Part shown: positions 57,686 through 64,000 of the stretch, piece after piece
Layout of the letters: every line of letters begins with the position of its first letter
Numbering within the stretch: position 1 is the stretch's first letter
From: an uncultured Gammaproteobacteria bacterium
GTDB taxonomy: Bacteria; Pseudomonadota; Gammaproteobacteria; Steroidobacterales; XN24
DNA: 64,000 bases
Direction: 5' to 3'
Assembly: GCA_963842955.1 (NCBI GenBank)
Contig: CAWJIJ010000001.1
Coordinates: 84,041-148,040, forward strand
Translations under genes and position numbers: made by a program
The notes under the pieces: model-generated
Seen by the model: only the letters and a program-made list of their open reading frames with translations
The model's database searches: none
Told to the model about the DNA's origin: nothing

Positions 57686-59410
57686 TCACGCCTGGTCGGA
57701 CTGCGGCCTGGCCTCGGCGGACTCCAGTGGGGGCGCGCCGCCAGCTTCCGGCCCGCTCCGATGCCCGAACAGCATCGTCATGTTCAGGCGCCGGTTCATC
57801 AGGCCCGACCGGAAGCGGAAATCGTCGGTACGGTGGACGAGGCTGGAATTGAACATCACCACCCGGTTGCGGCGGTGGGGGACGACCACCTTGTCACTGT
57901 CGGCGACGAACGCGTCGATCGCCTCGGGTTCGTTGTTGTAGGCCTGGAAGTCCCAGTCCGCGGGTGCCTCGCGGGTCCAGACCACCAGGCCGCCGGAATC
58001 GGGATCCAGGTTGGCGTCGTCCGGTGTCAGCCAGAAGTTCAGGTTCACTTTCGCCGGATCCGCGTGGCTGGTGATCCCGGAGAGGGTTGCATCGTAGATG
58101 TAACCCCACAGGTGGGTCAGCGGATACGGGCCGACGACCTCGGGCATGCGTTCGCGGAGTTCCTCCGCCAGCTGCATTAACAGCGGACAACCAAAGCCAT
58201 CGTTCAGATAGCTGCCGCAGTAGCCGCCGGCCTTCGAATAGTCGAACCAGATGGTGGAGCGCAGCGCATAGCGGCGCAGCGCCTCAATGGCCTCTTCGCG
58301 GAGAAATCCGTCCACGACCACGAGACCCGGCTTGGCGTTCTGGTAGTCCGCCTCGACCTGGCGCCAGTCCACGTCGGGATTCAGCGCGCCGCCGTCCAGG
58401 CGTTCCGCGGGTTCGTGGTGGACGAGCCGATGCATGGACCGGCCGATCTTCATGAACTGGGCCTCCGTCAGCGTGCGCTTGTGTTCACCCGTCGGGCCGA
58501 GACGCAGTTCGTCCAGGATCTCGGTGTAGCCATCGATCAGGGAGCCGAGGCCGCGCACGCGTACGTTCGCGTCGCGCAGCGCCTCGAGCTGCTCCAGTTC
58601 GAGTTTCAGGCTGTGGATTGAGGTTCGCCGCTGTGCCGGATCCCGGGCCAGCAACGGCAGTTCGTCGGCCTCCGGCATGCGCCGCTTGATCCGCATGGCG
58701 CGCTGGTAGCAGGTCATGCCTCCGGCCAGGTCGTCCTGTTCCTTGTACAGGCTGCCCAGGGCCTGCCAGATGGCGGCATCACCGGGAAAGTCCCGCGCCA
58801 GCCGCTCGTACAGCACGCGGGCCTCGTCGATCCGTCCCAGGGCGTATTCAGCGGCTGCCAGGTGCTCCCGCGCGTGGCGGTTCACCGGGTCGTCTTTTAG
58901 CGCGCGCCGGTACCAACCGGTCGCTTCCTCGACGAGTCCCGCCTCGTGGAACACCGTGCCGATGGCCAGCCTGGGGGCCGCCCCCAGGCTGTGCTGTTCG
59001 AGTGACCTGGCCTCTTCGCGGGCCAGGTCTGCCTGGCCGCCGGCGAGCAGGGCCTCGAGAAGCCGGACGTGGGCTCGCAGACCGGGGGAGCGGGCGAGAT
59101 AGCGTCGCCAGAGAGAAACGGCGCGAGCCGCCTGGTCTGTCTCCACATAGGCGCGGGCCAGGGCCTCGGCGGCGTCGATGTGGTTGCTGTGCGCCGCCAG
59201 GACGGTTTCCAGGTGAGGCAGGGCAGCCACCGGGTCTCCGGCCTGCACGGCAATGGCGCCGAAACAATACCTCAGCGACAGATCGTCGGGCCGCTGGCGC
59301 AGCAGGTCCTCGAGCGCGAGCAGGCACTGCCCTGTGAGCCCCTGGCGGTGCAGATCGAGGGCGGCATCGAAGCGGCGGCGGTAGTCGGTGGACGCGTTAT
59401 CCGTGGTCAT
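57686..59410 (-). CDS. TPR repeat protein with a C-terminal 2OG-Fe(II) oxygenase-like domain
   Basis: 574 aa from ATG 59410. The N-terminal half is TPRs. The C-terminal half has an HxD (SHADP) and a distal His (SSLVHRTD), consistent with a double-stranded beta-helix oxygenase. The longer ORF to 59773 overlaps the divergent SDR gene. Confidence 0.65.
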   Translation of the reverse strand: MTTDNASTDYRRRFDAALDLHRQGLTGQCLLALEDLLRQRPDDLSLRYCFGAIAVQAGDPVAALPHLETVLAAHSNHIDAAEALARAYVETDQAARAVSLWRRYLARSPGLRAHVRLLEALLAGGQADLAREEARSLEQHSLGAAPRLAIGTVFHEAGLVEEATGWYRRALKDDPVNRHAREHLAAAEYALGRIDEARVLYERLARDFPGDAAIWQALGSLYKEQDDLAGGMTCYQRAMRIKRRMPEADELPLLARDPAQRRTSIHSLKLELEQLEALRDANVRVRGLGSLIDGYTEILDELRLGPTGEHKRTLTEAQFMKIGRSMHRLVHHEPAERLDGGALNPDVDWRQVEADYQNAKPGLVVVDGFLREEAIEALRRYALRSTIWFDYSKAGGYCGSYLNDGFGCPLLMQLAEELRERMPEVVGPYPLTHLWGYIYDATLSGITSHADPAKVNLNFWLTPDDANLDPDSGGLVVWTREAPADWDFQAYNNEPEAIDAFVADSDKVVVPHRRNRVVMFNSSLVHRTDDFRFRSGLMNRRLNMTMLFGHRSGPEAGGAPPLESAEARPQSDQA

Positions 59411-59531
59411 AGGCACCAACGGGCCAGGATTGTGGGGCGGTTCGATTCGGATAGGCAGTTTACTTAACTTGCTCCGGAGTTCAGTAAACTGTCTGTTCAC
59501 CGTACTTCCAACCAACGAATCCGGAGCTGCT

Positions 59532-60359
59532 GTGGACAAGGGCTGGGTGGTGGTGACCGGCGCGTCGTCGGGAATCGGCAGAGCGGCGGCCGACGGGCTG
59601 GCCGCCCGCGGCTGGCGTGTCATCGCCACGGCCAGAAAGGATGGCGACCTGGAGACCCTGCGCCTCGCCGGCCACACGGCACTGCACCTGGAGCTGGCGT
59701 CCGAGCAGTCGGTAAGAGCCTTTGCCGGCGCCACCGAATCGATCTGCGGCGGCCGCCTCCTGGGCTTGTTCAATAACGCGGGCTACGGGCAGCCGGGGGC
59801 CGTCGAAGATGTGCCCCGGGAAGCGATGGAGGCGCAGTTCGCGGTCAACGTCATCGGCACCCATGATGTCACCCGGCGCCTGCTTCCGCTGATGCTCCCC
59901 CACCGCGAGGGCCGCGTGATCGTCAACAGCTCCATCCTGGGCCTCGTCGCGATGCCCTGGCGCGGCGCCTACAATGCCAGCAAGTTCGCGCTGGAGGGCC
60001 TGTTCGACACGCTCCGTCTGGAACTCCACGGCAGTGGCGTGGAGGTCAGCCTCATCGAGCCCGGCCCGGTTTCCACCCGCTTCCGCGAGCACGCCCGCGA
60101 GGCGTTCTATCGTTACATCAAGGCAGACAGCAGCCGGCATGAGGCGACCTACTCGGCCCTGCGTGCACGGCTCGACAGCCGGGACGACCCCGGCGGCTTC
60201 ACGTTGCCCGCAGAATCCATCATGAAGCCGCTCGTTCATGCCCTCGAACATCCCCGGCCCCGGCGCCGCTACCTGCTCACGACCCCGGCCCGTGTCATGG
60301 GGCCGCTGCGGCACGTACTGCCCGGCGCGTGGCTCGATGCACTGTTGCGCCGGCAATAG
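59532..60359 (+). CDS. Short-chain dehydrogenase/reductase
   Basis: GTG 59532 gives VDKGWVVVTGASSGIGRAAA. NNAG and YNASK motifs are present. Confidence 0.85.
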   Translation: MDKGWVVVTGASSGIGRAAADGLAARGWRVIATARKDGDLETLRLAGHTALHLELASEQSVRAFAGATESICGGRLLGLFNNAGYGQPGAVEDVPREAMEAQFAVNVIGTHDVTRRLLPLMLPHREGRVIVNSSILGLVAMPWRGAYNASKFALEGLFDTLRLELHGSGVEVSLIEPGPVSTRFREHAREAFYRYIKADSSRHEATYSALRARLDSRDDPGGFTLPAESIMKPLVHALEHPRPRRRYLLTTPARVMGPLRHVLPGAWLDALLRRQ

Positions 60360-60460
60360 GCCGCGGCTTGCTAGAATTGCGGGCCTTGCGAACTCAGCCG
60401 AAGGTCCCCATCTTGGCTTCCAATGTCCGCGACCGGACCCCGCGGGAGGATTGATCCATC

Positions 60461-60811
60461 ATGCCTATCTACGAGTATCAGTGCGGCGACTGCGGCCATT
60501 ACCTGGATGCTCTGCAGAAAATCAACGACGAGCCCCTGAAGCACTGCCCGGACTGCGGCGAGCCCAGCCTGAAACGCCTGTTGTCGGCGCCGCGCTTCCG
60601 CCTCAAGGGCAGCGGCTGGTACGAGACCGACTTCAAGGACAAGAACCGCCGGAACCTGGCAGGCGGTGACAGCGAGAAGTCATCTTCCGGCAAAAGCGAC
60701 GGCAAGTCTTCGGGCGACAAGAAGCCCCAGAGCAAGTCCGGCTCTGCGGACGGCGGCGGTGCGGCCAAGAGCAAGCCGTCGTCCTCCGGTGACGCGAAGA
60801 AGGCGGACTGA
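60461..60811 (+). CDS. FmdB family zinc-ribbon protein
   Basis: MPIYEYQCGDCGH...HCPDCG (CxxC-CxxC) followed by a low-complexity Ser/Gly/Lys tail. Confidence 0.85.
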   Translation: MPIYEYQCGDCGHYLDALQKINDEPLKHCPDCGEPSLKRLLSAPRFRLKGSGWYETDFKDKNRRNLAGGDSEKSSSGKSDGKSSGDKKPQSKSGSADGGGAAKSKPSSSGDAKKAD

Positions 60812-60814
60812 ATC

Positions 60815-61456
60815 GTGTTTCGGGCCCTGCGCAAGTACCTGATCACCGGGCTGGTGATCTGGCTCCCGTTGCTGGCCACGGTGCTGGTGATCCGGTTCCT
60901 GGTCCGGCTGATGGATCGGACTTTGGTCGTGATCCCGCCGGCCTGGCGCCCCGAGGAGCTGCTCGGTTTCAGCATTCCGGGGCTGGGGGTGGTGCTGGCG
61001 TTCCTGATTCTGCTGATCACCGGCATTCTCGGCGCCAACTTCGTGGGGCGCAGCGTTGTCGACGGCTGGCACCGGCTGATGGGCCGCATCCCCCTGGTCC
61101 GCAGCATTTACAACGGCGCCAAGCAGGTGGCCGAGACCGTGTTCTCCGACGGCAATGCCTCCTTCAAGAAGGTGATGCTGGTCGAGTATCCCCGACCCGG
61201 TCTCTGGGCCCTGTGCTTCCAGACCGCCACCGGCCTGGCGGAAGTCCAGGATCGGACCGAGGGCGAAGTGGTTTGCGTGTTCCTGCCCACCACGCCGAAT
61301 CCCACCTCGGGGTTCTTGTTGTTCGTGCCGAAGACCCAGCTCGTAGAGCTCGACATGAGCGTCGATGAGGCGCTGAAAATGATCATCTCCCTGGGGGTCG
61401 TTATACCCCCCTGGAAGGCTCCGGCGTCCCTTGCCAGCCCGCCGGAGGGTGCGTAA
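60815..61456 (+). CDS. DUF502 family membrane protein
   Basis: N-terminal TM pair and the conserved [15 protein letters not shown] block. Confidence 0.8.
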   Translation: MFRALRKYLITGLVIWLPLLATVLVIRFLVRLMDRTLVVIPPAWRPEELLGFSIPGLGVVLAFLILLITGILGANFVGRSVVDGWHRLMGRIPLVRSIYNGAKQVAETVFSDGNASFKKVMLVEYPRPGLWALCFQTATGLAEVQDRTEGEVVCVFLPTTPNPTSGFLLFVPKTQLVELDMSVDEALKMIISLGVVIPPWKAPASLASPPEGA

Positions 61457-61533
61457 CATCGCCGCCTTTTTCACCGTGCCCCGGATCTGACTTCGGGGCG
61501 CCCCGAACCGGGACCGTTCCCAGGACCACAGAC

Positions 61534-63321
<1,788 letters not shown>

Positions 63322-63325
63322 CGGC

Positions 63326-63763
63326 ATGCCGGCCTGGAAGCGGCCGGAGAGCGTGCTGGTCGTGATCCAGTCGCCGGGTCCGTCATTCCTCTTGCTCAAG
63401 CGTATCGATCCCGCGGACTTCTGGCAGTCGGTGACGGGTAGCCTGGACGAGGGCGAAACCGCCATCGCCGCGGCCTGCCGCGAAGTCGAAGAGGAAACCG
63501 GTCTGGACGGCAGCAACGTTCGCTCCACAGGCGTCGTGAACCGATACGCCATTCATCCAGCCTGGCGGCACCGCTATGCGGCGGACGTTGAGGAAAACGT
63601 CGAGCACGTGTTCTCGCTGGAACTTCCCGAAGTTCCGGAGATCCGCCTGGATCCCGCCGAGCACCGGGCCTATCGCTGGCTTCCGGCTACCGAGGCCATT
63701 GCGCTCGCCAGCTCGGCGACGGACCGGATTGCCATACGCCATCTGAGCGGACTGCATCCGTGA
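63326..63763 (+). CDS. nudB: Dihydroneopterin triphosphate diphosphatase (Nudix)
   Basis: DPADFWQSVTGSLDEGETAIAAACREVEEETG matches the E. coli NudB Nudix box region. The aspS-nudB adjacency is as in E. coli. Confidence 0.8.
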   Translation: MPAWKRPESVLVVIQSPGPSFLLLKRIDPADFWQSVTGSLDEGETAIAAACREVEEETGLDGSNVRSTGVVNRYAIHPAWRHRYAADVEENVEHVFSLELPEVPEIRLDPAEHRAYRWLPATEAIALASSATDRIAIRHLSGLHP

Positions 63764-64000
63764 GCGCGGCTTCCGTGGCCGACCCTGCGGGGTCCGTCCT
63801 GGTCGTGCACGGTCTCTGGAACCAGGGGCCGGAGTCGTATGTGCTTCGTCAGCGCCTGGCCGCCGACGGTTTTCAGCACCGACGCGATTCGTTATGCGTC
63901 GGTGGCTGGTGACCCTGACGACATCGCCGCGCTGCTTGCCGACAAGATGCATGGCCTGGGTCCCGGCCCGGTGCACCTGGTGGGCCACAGCCTCGGTGGA
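63760..64000 (+). pseudogene. Alpha/beta hydrolase (5' part only), frameshifted in a T4 run
   Basis: GTG 63760 overlaps the nudB stop. ...VLVVHGLWNQGPESYVLRQRLAADGF then stops at 63910. The +1 frame continues as STDAIRYASVAGDPDD...PVHLVGHSLGG (GxSxG nucleophile elbow). A T3 in place of the T4 at 63870-63873 would restore the frame. Confidence 0.55.

Overview
High-GC (roughly 65%) gammaproteobacterial chromosome segment. The backbone is housekeeping with textbook synteny. It contains yacG-zapD-coaE-pilDCB-pilA with pilSR, then sucCD, nadE, bamD/rluD-pgeF, clpB, and at the far end fmdB-DUF502-aspS-nudB. Between these lie transporters (MscS, BASS, AmpG-like MFS, CaCA, AtoE), a LysR-controlled dabBA inorganic-carbon uptake operon, several SDRs and regulators. 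I found no rRNA, tRNA or CRISPR.

Five things stand out:
1. A two-gene cassette splits the normally contiguous rluD-pgeF-clpB block. It pairs a Glu/Leu/Phe/Val-dehydrogenase homolog with an asparagine-synthetase-like enzyme that lacks the nucleophilic Cys. I do not recognise this pairing as a described pathway.
2. An IS200/RAYT-like Y1 transposase gene is flanked by inverted short-repeat arrays. Beside it, a perfect 275-bp direct duplication of the transposase 3' end brackets a secreted papain-family peptidase gene whose last codons are made of repeat units.
3. The same 11-mer repeat core (GTGCCTGTCCA) recurs at the 5' edge of the cassette in point 1.
4. There is a non-random cluster of decayed accessory genes. 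It includes a three-gene PE-X-CYTH operon broken by an 11-bp tandem duplication and by a Tyr-to-TAG change, and a PQQ sugar dehydrogenase with four net-zero indels within 85 bp.
5. A Pcm-erythromycin-esterase fusion is paired with an uncharacterised gene.

All family assignments come from motif recognition by eye; no database search was run.
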